A program made the translations under genes and the position numbers. The notes under the pieces are model-generated. The model was not told where the DNA came from and ran no database searches. It saw only the letters and a list, made by a program, of their open reading frames with translations. A stretch of DNA of 64,000 bases from Eledone cirrhosa (lineage: Eukaryota), in contig OZ024741.1 of NCBI GenBank assembly GCA_964016885.1, forward strand, positions 170,748,001 through 170,812,000. The letters are read 5' to 3'. Each line of letters begins with the position of its first letter. Within the stretch, counting starts at the first letter, position 1. Below, in pieces: positions 14,168-30,098 of this stretch.

Positions 14168-14217
14168 AATAAGCGAAGCTAAATTTTAAACATTTGACTT
14201 TTTATTTAACTTTATTT

Positions 14218-16806
<2,589 letters not shown>

Positions 16807-16824
16807 TATATATATGTATATATG

Positions 16825-16917
<93 letters not shown>

Positions 16918-16933
16918 ATACTTACATATATAC

Positions 16934-16965
<32 letters not shown>

Positions 16966-16981
16966 GTATGTATATACTTAC

Positions 16982-17029
<48 letters not shown>

Positions 17030-17042
17030 GTGTTGCGTGTAT

Positions 17043-17082
<40 letters not shown>

Positions 17083-17450
17083 TACAGGGAGGACCATTAA
17101 CAAAGATCATAAATACAGACAGTTAACCGAAAAAAAAAGTATATATATATATATATATATTAAGAAAACACAAAATATAAACCTAGATACTACACTTCAA
17201 AATCTTTCACAGTATCAATATGTATAATCAATACTTATTAACATCTTACTTAAGTTCTGTTGCCACAATTATCTCTTTTACAATACAGTTTCAGTTATAT
17301 TCTATTTATCTTCAAACATAAATATAGCAGGCTGCCTATTTGTCTGTGAATATCTCGAATTATGCATCTTTCACATTAGTATATGTTACGTAGCATAATG
17401 TATAACGAGATGGATTTATATATATATATATATATATATGTGTATGTGTG

Positions 17451-17499
<49 letters not shown>

Positions 17500-17538
17500 G
17501 TATATATGTATACATATATGTATGTATGTATATATTTA

Positions 17539-17596
<58 letters not shown>

Positions 17597-17656
17597 ATAA
17601 CAATATATGTTATAGAATGCCGTTAGCTTCTTGCTAAAACAATCTCTATACCTCTC

Positions 17657-17731
<75 letters not shown>

Positions 17732-17733
<2 letters not shown>

Positions 17734-18107
17734 CGAGGACAATCCCAAAAGTAAGGTCTCCTTCCGATATTGCAAAATTTTCCGTTAAAATCATGTGGAT
17801 GGTGCTTCAGGAAACCTCAGGAACCAAAATGCAGAGACCATCCAGACTGATCCGCCGATCTTTACGCATGTTTTCCTCGGAAGGAGAGCTTACTTTTGGG
17901 ATTGCCCTCGTATATAATAATTGCGCGAAATTCGCACTTCGCGGTAGCGTTCAACGGGAGCTCCATTCTGCCAAGCCAAGATTGAACATCTCAGTGAAGC
18001 GCACGCATGCTTGTTTGGGAGTGAAGGAAGCACCTATGGCAACAGGCATACGAACAGTTTCTCTGCGTCCCGATCGCTTTGGAGAACTTACTTTTGGGAT
18101 TACCCTC

Positions 18108-18110
<3 letters not shown>
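17732..18110. mobile_element. Mariner/Tc1-type MITE
   Basis: TIR TACGAGGACAATCCCAAAAGTAAG at 17732; inverted copies end at 17912 and 18110; TA context. Confidence 0.75.
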
Positions 18111-18146
<36 letters not shown>

Positions 18147-18993
18147 GAAAAATTGAACAGGTACAGAACAGAGAGGCAGTACAATAAATGTTTATTAAAT
18201 TCACGCTCAGGAGAGTGGGGGGTAGGTGTGTGTGTGTGTGTGGTGGTGGGAGGTGTTTGTGTGTGTGTAATGTGTTTACAGAAATCAGATGTAAAGTATA
18301 AACTAATCAGAGGCTATGTGATAAAAACATTTTCGCGACTTCAGTTATCACATTAATAATTAATAATGTAGACAGAAGCAGAATGCTAGAGTAGAGCGAA
18401 GCAACATCCTTTACAGCGGCGCCTAACTGTGCAATATGCTCTAACACAAATAGTCCACGTCTCAAACCTGGCTCAAATATCTTCAAGGAGATCCTGAACC
18501 CTTGTTTAATCTCCTGATTAAATCATGAAAGAAGGGAAGAGGATGGTATTAGTAATCATCATAAATAGCTCAATCATGGATTACCTGGTTCTTAACAACA
18601 ACGACAACAACAATCTGTGATTACGACGTATGTGAGTGGGATTACAGTTCAGTATACAATGTTTTCGTTCAGTGTTCAGTGTTGGGAGGGAAGGTTTGGA
18701 CATCTGCTCAAAGAGAATTTGAGAGGATTAAAATTCCGAGTGATCCATATTCTCTGAGCAATCTGATATGTGACTCAGATTATTTGAAAGTTACGCGAAG
18801 TAGTGAGACCGGGGCTGGAGTAATTGTTTTTAAATACGTGTGGATGTGGTGCAATGACATGAAATTAGTAAGTTGCAGAGGACATAAAGAGTGGGCGACA
18901 GAGACTAGGGCTGTGAGTTTTAGAGAATACTCGAGAATTATATATATATAATACATACATATATATATGTGTGGGGGGGGGGGGGGGTATGTG

Positions 18994-19537
18994 TTAATAA
19001 AAGATCGGAGACCATATTCAGTTTATTCAGGTTTATTTAAAACTCCATTATACATATTTCACTGAGAAGTAGCGGTTATGATAGCCTGAGCTTTTCAGAC
19101 TGCGAAACCTAAAATAAAGCTTGATAGTTTCTAAGAAACCTTAAAATTTGGAAAAATCCATATACGGGGTCCGGACGTCGAAGAAACATCACCACGCGTC
19201 CGGTCGACCTCCTGTATCATAAAATTACATTTTTTGTCGAGGAAATTATTGGATTTTTCTAAATTTAAAGGTTTCTTAGGAACTTTCAATGTTTATTTTA
19301 GATTTTGCCATCTGAAGAGCTCAAGGTATCATAACTGATAGTCATCAGTGATATATGTATAACGCAGCTCTAAATATACGTGAATCAACTGAATATGGTC
19401 TTCGATCTTTTATTAATATATATTGCTCCGACTTGCACCATTTATGCAGGTCGCTGAGCGCTTCTTTTTACCTGCTTCGCGACGGACAGACCATAATGTG
19501 GTCCGCACACCACTGTTCAGTTCACTCCATACTCTAA
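18994..19537. mobile_element. Old diverged fold-back element with decayed HHRs and right tail
   Basis: Imperfect arms ~18994-19160 / ~19250-19416; CTGAAGA at 19312; tail to ~19537, then (TA)n. Confidence 0.65.
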
Positions 19538-20717
19538 TATATGTATACATATATATATATATATGTATTTGTGTATGTGTGCGTGTGATTGTGTGGGTGT
19601 GGGTGGGTGTGTGTATGTGTGGAGAAAAAGACAGAGACATAGATAGAGAAAGAGAAAGAGAAAGAGAGGGAGAAGGAAAGACGGACAGAATAATTGGCTT
19701 TTATTGTACAGTTATTCTGTTGACAGAGCGAGGTAAGCAGCTGAACAACCATAGAAAAAGGAAGGGTCAGCTGGGGCAAAGATTTACTTTATATCTTTAT
19801 TTGCAGCCAGAAAACCTTCACACACTCTAAATTCTAGAAAGGGAACCATCCATTCACAAACCAGCAACCACACAAAACAACAACCTTACACTACGACCTC
19901 TTATCCAGACTAACCACGGCTCATGTAAACCATCACACACCGATCAAATCAAACATACACACCAACCACCACACACAATAAATCTCACATACACCAAACA
20001 GTACACACACAAACTCAACGATCAACGAACACACACATCTACCACCAGACGCATCGACCACCAGCATACACCAAACAACACACACTGAAACCTATCAACG
20101 ACAAAAACACACATATACACACACATCGATCAACACATACACACACACCAATCACCCATACACACCAACCAACATACACATCGACTCCGACTCCACGAAA
20201 CCGACTACCACACACATTAGCTACAACAGACATGCCAACCATAACACACACCAACCATACTAGCTAGTAACATCATTGGAGAGATCAACTTGGCACGAAG
20301 TGATGTGGATTGCTAATAATACAAGTGTACTTGGCACTGTTGAAGAAGTTACAAGAAAATAATCAATAGAGATTTCTTAGTTTTCAAATACAAATTATCA
20401 ATCTAAATTATTGATTCAATGATCGTTACTTAGAACTTGTGAAAGGGGGAGGGTGTAGTTAAAGCACTGTGTTTTATTTTTAGTGTTGATATATATATAT
20501 ATATATATGTATGTATTATGTATGTATGTACGTACGTATGTATGTATTATGTATGTGTGTATGAAAGCATGTATGTATGTATATATGCATGTATGCATGT
20601 GTGTCTGTATGTATGTATATATGCATGTATGTATATAAGTGTGTATGTATGTATATGAGCATGTATATATGCAAGTATGTGTGCGTGTGTGTGTATATAT
20701 TATGTCGAAATATTATT

Positions 20718-20769
<52 letters not shown>

Positions 20770-21389
20770 AAGAGAGAGTCTTACTCACACATATAACTAT
20801 GTATGGGATGGTATTTTGGTGTAAATATGAATGTGATGTGTGTTCATGTTTGTGTGTTGCGTGCCGAATCGCCTGAAGTTATAGAGATTTATTTTTGAAT
20901 AGTCAAAAAGCCAAATTTTTGTACGGTGAGAATAGTTGATTTAATTTTGACTCATTTTTATATTATATTACTGGTACAATTATGAGCCAATGAGGGAAGC
21001 CTCTAGGCGGTCGTTTCATCGGCTAGAAATATTAGTCAAAATCTCTCTAAAGTTACATCAAAAGGAAGTAAACATTGATATATCAGGCTTTTGAGTTTGC
21101 CGAAATTACACGTGGTAGTTACGGAGGGAAAGACGTTGGTCATAAGTGTACTCGATCGGAATTGACCTGTATCTGTGCAATACGAACTGGTACATATATG
21201 TACACATAATGCGTCTTCTACGCGGTGACTTGACATAGAGGGAATATTGGCCAAATTGCCCTTTAGAAAAATGAAACACATTTGATAATCTAGGTCTTGG
21301 TATAATTTAAAAAAAAAAAGATTCATTGATCAAGATTGTCATGTTTGTTATAATAGATGAGCTCATTTCTGGGTTAAACGCCAACACCA

Positions 21390-21929
<540 letters not shown>

Positions 21930-22589
21930 ATAACAACGGTAACACAAACAGCACCAACACCATGGTCAGAACAGATATATAACACATACTTGCAACTGCG
22001 GATAACATCCCATGCCACCCAGCCTCTGAGGACACAAATACCCAGTTAGCATTAAACAAAAATAACAATGATACATATAAGATTGTCACGTTTGTTATCA
22101 TAGATATGCTCAATCTGGGTTGAACCCCACAACCACCCGTACCATCATCATCATCATCATCAGCTTCTTCTTCTTCTTCTTCTTCTTCTTCTTCTTCTTC
22201 TTCTTCTTCTTCTTCTCATCCAACTGAGGTCGATAATGTACAGTTCCAGTCAAATACAGCACATGGTTTAATCGATTTTCTCCTTTCCACTAAAAATATT
22301 GCTGCCCTTGTGCCATAATTAGAAACCATTTCGATTATTATGGTGATGACGATGATGAAAATGATGATAATTCTTCGTCATCATCATCATCATCGTCATC
22401 ATCATCATCATCCTCATCATCATCCTCATCATCATCATCATTAACATTATCATCATCATTAACAACAAAAATAACCAAACAAGCACTAGGTCCTGGAGCT
22501 GACCAGCTATATAATTCATGCCTGAAAAACTGCCCATACTACCTCCCCAAATACCAGTCTACATTAAACAAAAATGACAATGAAAGAAG

Positions 22590-23233
22590 CATTGAGAGAG
22601 CCCAACATTATGAAAATGACGAAGAAGTGAAAACTGCTGTCAAGAATTGGCTTCGTAGGCAGCCAGCAGAGGTTTACCAAGCTGGGGTACATGCTCTTAT
22701 TTGATGTCTAGAAGGAGCTGGATTATAGTTTTAAGTATCAAGCAAAATTTAATCTTATGCATGCAACTGAGCAATACACAACTAGATTAAACACAACCAC
22801 AAAGATATGGTCCGAACGTGGAAGAGCCGAATTCCCACTGTCATCGCCTCCATCTCTCTCGCCCTCCCCATCTCTCTGTATGGTGAGCAAATGAGATCCC
22901 ACGTGCTGTCCTTCCCACAGCCCCGGCGGACAGAATGGAGAAGGCGATTCCCGGAGGATGGTGAGGGAGATGCGCTAGAAGAGCCATTCCAACTCACGAG
23001 GCTCACACCTGCGGCTGACCCAAGACTATAATTCAGCTCCTTCTAAAGATCAAATATTTAACATTTCACGCTTATCATTGCCTTATATACACGAACAGCC
23101 GTTATTCGAAGGTAAATATGTTGAGAAGCAGGAATGTGATCCAGCTTTATTTTGATGTGTAATACATTTTGATTTGCTCTTTCTTTTGCTTGCAATAAAA
23201 AAAAAAGGCATTACTTTTTGACTGGCCCTCGTA
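22590..23233 (+). mobile_element. Mariner transposase 3' remnant plus right TIR, interrupted by an insertion
   Basis: QHYENDEEVKTAVKNWLRRQPAEVYQAGVHALI, then EGKYVEK after ~23108; TIR-like end ...ttactttttgactggccctcgta at 23233. Confidence 0.7.
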
Positions 23234-24081
23234 TTTTATCAACACTGGAAGGGGGAATTTGGAAGTTCAGAATCTGGAAAAAAAAAAAGGATGAATACTA
23301 AAGTGGAAGCATGAGAAATGAAAAGCTATAGGAAACTCAGAAAGATTTGAAAATACCATTCGTAATAATACGTTTCTTTTCATATAGATGGATACATTCA
23401 TTTGTGGAAGAGATTTTCTTTTCTATTTAATTGATTGTCAGTACATAATTGTTAATTTTATTTTATCGATCTTGATAACTTCATCTCAATAGATAAGTGG
23501 ACCATGGGTATGTATTGAAATATCTGAAAACATGTAGATATTTCCATGATCCAAATATTGGAATTAATGATGGACCTGGATCACTATGTGGGTGTTCCGA
23601 TTGTTAAGAATAGCAGCGGCCCCTTCATAACTTCAAATCTTATTGTTTCAAATAGGAAGGGAGACATATATATCTTAGTTACTGTAGACCTGAACGTATA
23701 ACTTAATCAAAGCCGGTAGGATTATTTCTTTTGATCGTAAGCTTTTTCAATCAAGATTGAACTGGCGAAAAACACCACCTCCAACAACAAAAAGCAATGG
23801 CGTATTAGGAAATACTATGCTATGTGAATAAAAGAATGTTTTGATATTAAGTCTTTGATCACAGGGAAAATATCGTTGATTATAGGATTCCGGAATCAAA
23901 CACAATAGCAACAACAACAAAAGACTTATAAGATAATGTTATTCTGAACACGTTTTGCCTAAATAAAAGATGTGTGGTTACCGTGGAAAAATGCCTTTGA
24001 TGTTATCTCTTCTCAATAGAGAGTGAGCTGTGATAAACAACAGCAATATAAAAAAATGCAGAGAAGAGCTATTAGATAATG

Positions 24082-24295
24082 GTTTCTTATATAGGCGCAA
24101 GGCCAATAATTGGGGGGGGGGGTCGATTAAATCGACCCAGTACGTGACTGGTACTTTATTTTATCGACCCCGTAAGGATAAAAGGCAAAGTTAACCGCGA
24201 TGGGATTTGAACTCAGATCATTAAAGGCCGTAACTCTATACTGCAAAGCATGTTGTCCGACGCCCTACCTATACTGCCAATCCACCGCCTTCGGT
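24082..24295 (-). mobile_element. tRNA-derived SINE with 14-bp TSD
   Basis: B-box-like gttcaaatcc on minus strand; central gccttttatccttacggggtcgataaaat..gtaccag (Meta/MESC-like domain); TSD gctattagataatg at 24068 and 24296. Confidence 0.85.
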
Positions 24296-25114
24296 GCTAT
24301 TAGATAATGCTGTGGTGGATACACTGTTCAAGATTATAAGGTGAGATGGTGAGAAATAAAGGTCGTTAACCATAAGTCTGTTCAACCAGAAATGGTCTAT
24401 GTGTAAACAAAAAATAAAATTGGAATTAGGTACTTCTATTCGAATTGAAAAAATTGAATTATTTCAGTCACACACATTTTACTGTGCTTCCATTTGATGT
24501 TGAAATTTCAATTAACATTTTTAATGATTTTTGCTTTGACATTTTCTTATTATCAAACTAACATTTTTCATGAATATGATTTTTAATAATTTTACAAATA
24601 GCTATCTTACAAATTTCAATTAAATAATATCAAGTTGATGAATTATGTTATATAAATTTTAATGTCAACTTTCGTAATATCAGTTTATACAGTTTTGTGA
24701 GATTTACCAATTTTATTATATCAGTTTTACGAATATCTATTTTATTCACTCACATTCTAACATCGGGTTTATTAATGTTATCAATATTAGCTTCATCTGA
24801 AAAAAATTGTATGAAAATCTATTTAATTAAAGTAGTTTGCATAACTAAACATTGTTTTTTTTTTGTTTTTTTTCAAAATCGGACTTATTAACTTCAATAC
24901 CAGTTTCAAAAATTTAGGGATGTTACAAGATTTACCAAATTTATCCCATATCAATTCAATTCGGTTAAAATATCAATATTAGTTTAACAATTCATAAATA
25001 TCCGGGTCATCAATTTTTTTTTTTTTTCAAATTAATATCAGATATGTCTATATTGTTAATATTACTTTAATCAATTTGCATTATAACAATATTAGTTCTT
25101 AAAATATAATACAA

Positions 25115-25475
25115 AGGCTTGGGCTCCGTGCTATCCATCCACAACAATAAGCTCACTCGCATATCTCATAACAACAATACGGCACAATTATTTCACCTCA
25201 ATTTGGCCCCGATCTCTTTAACATTACACCAAAACACATTAAAACGGAAACAGACCCCATAAAGTTCCAGAAGTCTTTGGATAAGTTCCTTCAAGAAATT
25301 CCGGATAAGCTTCCTACACCCGGATATGTCTTCGTAAACAATAACACTCTACTTGAGTGAGCCATGGTCTCCAAAACCTGATTTGACAGACTTCGCCAGG
25401 TGGTGCTATTAAGTTAGACATGACTTGGGCCAATACTGGCCGAAACCTATCAAAGTTATCAAAGTTATCAAAGTT
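25115..25475 (+). mobile_element. CR1/L2-group (Zenon-like) LINE 3' end
   Basis: LFN..PKHIK..DPIKFQKSLDKFLQEIPDKLPTPGYV..NNTL; tandem tail (atcaaagtt)n. Confidence 0.7.
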
Positions 25476-26158
25476 GTATGTTAGTGATATAAATAGCTAT
25501 AAATAACAGTTTTATCAATGATAGGCTTCCGTACAGATTCCTTTTAACAAATATCTCATACAATGCGTTGGTTAAAACTCGAGACCAGAAAATACTTTCC
25601 TAAATTGTTTCGTACAGCTTTTCATTTCACACGAGCTTACTTTACTACTGAATTATTTTTTTCTTTTCACGAATCTGGACTCCCACATTCACACTTTCAG
25701 TGTTGATAATATATGTACCAATTCTTGCTGGTACCACGTAGTTGCGTATGTAATTAGTAACAAAATGACAAACCAAATTGATTACCATGAAGTTGTTTAC
25801 AAATCAGTCTGACTAGCAGGAAGCTTCTCGTGGCGTATCTAGCCACTAATCTGTTGTTCCATTAGTCAACATTTTCTTCCGCTACTAGTGTGGTCTCAGC
25901 TTTTCGGAACTGTCTGGTCCCATACCATTTCGACTGAGGCATTTCCGATTCACATTTTTTTTTCTCGACAACTATATTATATCCACATTCTGACGCCGCA
26001 CTAACCAATCATATTTTTGCTAGAGTCCTAATTTTTTAAACTTTTTAATTAAGCACTCTCAGTGAAAAATAGTTGGTTTACACCAATTTAAATGCGCTAT
26101 GTGAAGTATATTTTTGTGACTATTCTCCCACACTTATTAATCCTGGTTATTTAAAAAT

Positions 26159-26338
26159 GTGGATTGGCAGTATCGGTAGAGAGTCGGACGCCATGCTTTC
26201 CAGCATAGTTACGTCCCTTTATGATCTGAGTTCAAATCCCGCCGAGGTTGACTTTGCCTTTCATCCTTACGAGGTCGATAAAATAAAGTACCAGTAATGC
26301 ACTGGGTAATTGCTGGCCTTGTGCCTAAAGTAGAAACA
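26159..26338 (+). mobile_element. tRNA-derived SINE (same family)
   Basis: gagttcaaatcc B-box; same central domain; TSD-like gttattt(t)aaaatgt on both sides. Confidence 0.85.
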
Positions 26339-27781
26339 GTTATTTTAAAATGTTCTACAGATAGATATAGATATTAACGTTCCGAATTACGTCTAATTCA
26401 AACGTATACTGCATAGAATTTATCCTAGAAATTATTAGACATTATTTAGACATTACTATTGAAAGGACAGGAAGTCTATTGTATCCAGTGTATTCCATAT
26501 GTTTGGATATTTTAATATCAAAGTAACTTGGATGTATTTTACCTCCAGTTTTATTTCCCAAATTATGGAGCAGTCGGTCTAAATAAGAAGTATAACGGTT
26601 GTTTGAAAACATGGCTAAACATGGTAATGACAATATATTGTTGTTCAAACAATTTAATCGTTGTATTGTAATGTGAATAGAGACCATATAAAATTCGAGA
26701 CAATTTTATCGGTGGAGAAAAGCTGGGTAGCATCGGTGCGTGAATATTTAATAATATATATGGTTAAACTTGATATATTTAATTTTGATTTATAGTGTTT
26801 AAAACCTCTTGCCTTTATTAATATTCTATTGTAGAACGTTAGTTATTTGCTTACACGTTTTGTGGCAGTTGTAAGGCTAAGGCATAATGGAAAGGAGAAG
26901 GTGTTTGGGCTGGTTGTTTACTTAGTGGAACAAGTATTGTAAATGGAGAGAAAACTGCAGTCTGGAGGGAACCAGGAAAGGATTAGCGAACCCGGCTTCG
27001 GCTCGTCTGTTTAATAGGTACAGATGGTCAATTGTAACTAAAGCGGATAAGTATACGATAACCATGCTAGTTTGTCTACAAGTGCTGTAGCAGGAATTAC
27101 TTAATACCTTTGTCTAATTAACTGTTTGTGTGTTTTTATCATTTAATATTTATGATTTTGTGTTGTATATCTGAATTAATCTTGTGCTATTTGGTTTTAA
27201 ACTCCTGCTTTAATTTTCAGTCTACTTAGTAGTTTCAATTGTTTGCTAGGGTTAGTTATTTTATTTGTGCTGTTTGGTAAAGCATTTAACATTTTGGTTT
27301 TACTTATTTACTAGTTTATCCTATTACATCATTTCCATCCACCTTTTTTTCTTTCTTTCTAATTGTTAAGTTAAAGATTAGTTCTGTTTAACGGACCCGT
27401 TGATTTGTAGTTTGATATCAATTTTGTTCTGGTTTATCTGTTCGTTAAATCAGCTTTGATTTCCCAAGGCGTTTCGAGCGGGTTAATAGATAATTAAAAA
27501 GTTTTGATTTAGCCGGTTCTGGAGTTAATCGTTGAATGTATAGTTAATTTCAACGAGAATGTTTGTTGTTAGATTAGTTGTGTTTTATCATAAAAAAGTA
27601 TCGATTGGGCATGATATAGTTTGTTTTCGAGTATAGGTCAGAAGGACTTCAGTAGTACTTTGTTTCACTTTATGTCTAGTGCAGTATGTACGTTGTAAGC
27701 TAGGTCGTGTTTAAGGTGCGTACTGGAGTTACTTTTTATGCAGTCATGAAGACAAGGAATTTAACACACAAACACACACAA

Positions 27782-27866
<85 letters not shown>

Positions 27867-27995
27867 GTATATATATATATATACTGTATATATATATATA
27901 TATATATATATGTGTGAGTGAGTGTTTGTGTGTTAAATGCCTTGTCATCATGTAGGCATAAAAAGTCCAGTACGCTCCAAACACCTTAGACACGA

Positions 27996-28030
<35 letters not shown>

Positions 28031-28033
<3 letters not shown>

Positions 28034-28809
28034 AAAAAATGGGGAGAAGAATACTGCTGGTTGCACATGGATAACATGTAATAAAATAAGTCCCTCATCA
28101 GTGATTTGCCGACGATCATAGATATTTCATTGCATTAAAAATCATATACCTCACGTCGGTGCAATAATAACTAAATTAAGTTATTAGGACAATTAAAACG
28201 CGTAAAGCGAGTGAAACAAGATAACAACAAAGAGGAGAGCTAACCGTAGAAGGAAGGGAACAAGCTTCATAGTTATTCTGTTAGCATAAGCTAGGTGAAT
28301 ATATGAGCGCTTAGAAAAAAGACCTTTTAGGAGCGAATTCAAATGTGAGAAAGAGAGAAAATGATTTCGTCGCGAACGGGGTGAAGTGAGAAGAAGAGAA
28401 ACAGTGAGTGAGTGAGTGGAAGTGTGAGGAAGAGTTAACTGACATGACAGAGGGGGCGAAAGAAAGTAGGAGAAACAGAGAGAGCGAGGGAGCAGTAAGA
28501 GAGAGAGAGAGAAAAAAACAGAATCGCAGTTTAGGTAAATATATGTGAAAAAATGGGGAGAAGAATACTGCTGGTTGCACATGGATAACATGTAATAAAA
28601 TAAGTCCCTCATCAGTGATTTGCCGACGATCATAGATATTTCATTGCATTAAAAATCATATACCTCACGTCGGTGCAATAATAACTAAATTAAGTTATTA
28701 GGACAATTAAAACGCGTAAAGCGAGTGAAACAAGATAACAACAAAGAGGATAGCTAACCGTAAAAGGAAGGGAACAAGCTTCATAGTTATTCTGTTAGCA
28801 TAAGCTAGG

Positions 28810-28818
<9 letters not shown>
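28031..28818 (-). mobile_element. Non-coding element with 274-bp direct terminal repeats (514-bp period) in (TA)n; pLTR, TRIM or retrozyme-like
   Basis: 28031-28304 and 28545-28818 are nearly identical; 240-bp GA-rich spacer; permuted HHR-like motif in each repeat. Confidence 0.7.
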
Positions 28819-28852
<34 letters not shown>

Positions 28853-28855
<3 letters not shown>

Positions 28856-29271
28856 GTAGGAGGTGAGTTTTATTGTAGTACAATAAAGCAATGCAGATAT
28901 CGGATAAGAAGCACTCTACAGTTTGTGGGACTGGAGTATGCATAATATAAGATCAAAAGATGGTTAAAGGAGTTCAATATATTTTATTACGCGCATTTCA
29001 AAAACAAACATCATCAAACAATAATATTTGTGTTTTCATCAGATAAAACAGGAGAACATGATATGAAGGCTAAAAAAACACTTGTTGATAGTGCAGTTTT
29101 AAATCAACATATGTTGATTTAAAACTGCACTATCAACAAGTGTTTTTTTAGCCTTCATATCATGTTCTCCTGTTTTATCTGATGAAAACACAAATATTAT
29201 TGTTTGATGATGTTTGTTTTTGAAATGCGCGTAATAAAATATATTGAACTCCTTTAACCATCTTTTGATCT

Positions 29272-29279
<8 letters not shown>
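28853..29279. mobile_element. Perfect 338-bp palindrome with HHR and left tail in (TA)n
   Basis: 28942-29279 is symmetric about 29110/29111; ~90-bp tail 28853-28941. Confidence 0.85.
29173..29239 (+). ncRNA. Type I hammerhead ribozyme (mirror copy 28982-29048, minus)
   Basis: ttttat-CTGATGA-stem II caaatattatt/gatgatgtttg-GAAA-tgcgcg-TA-ataaaa; GUA triplet. Confidence 0.85.
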
Positions 29280-29354
<75 letters not shown>

Positions 29355-29428
29355 TCGTGTTTAAGGTGTTTGGAGCGTACTGGAGTTTTTATGCCTTCAT
29401 AAAGACAAGACATTTAACACACAAACAC

Positions 29429-29530
<102 letters not shown>

Positions 29531-30026
29531 CGTGTGTGTGTGTGTGCGAATAGTCACCCAAGAAAACAACACAGAACAGTGCAATAAAGATATATATTAG
29601 TCTAAAGCTTGATATAGTAGGAAAGGGGGTTTACCTTGCATCACATTAGTGAAATGAAAAAAATACTTAACGCTCTTCGGACAACAATATATTAATTGAT
29701 TAAAATAGATCGCCAACAATTCACTATTTCTGGAAATCGAACTAATCGGCTTAGCAGTCTCCTTATATTTAGTGGTTATATATAACTATTAGTTATTTTG
29801 CTTTAAGTGGGTGGATCGAATAATATTCAAACTATGACGAGAATTGAACAAGATATAAATGAGGTTATGTAGATATATTGTTTTCTGACAACGGAAAGGG
29901 AGAATGTTTAAAATTCTCAGTAAACTAAGACAGCTCCAATGTACTGCGGAAAATTATCAACGTGAAACCACATTGCACCTGTTTTTCTATGTACATTTCC
30001 TGATAATATACATTATTCATAAAATG

Positions 30027-30094
<68 letters not shown>

Positions 30095-30098
<4 letters not shown>

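Larger units (their letters stand above)
8205..14217 (-). mobile_element. Penelope-like retroelement, near full length, with direct pLTR remnant and 1.8-kb inverted duplication
   Basis: Direct repeat 8205-8316 / 12303-12413; inverted repeat 8306-10102 / 12413-14217; RT and GIY-YIG coding remnants; HHRs; (TA)n flanks. Confidence 0.9.

Noticed and set aside
26420-27700. Possible degraded retroelement body
   Set aside because: No recognisable protein motif found in the frames inspected.
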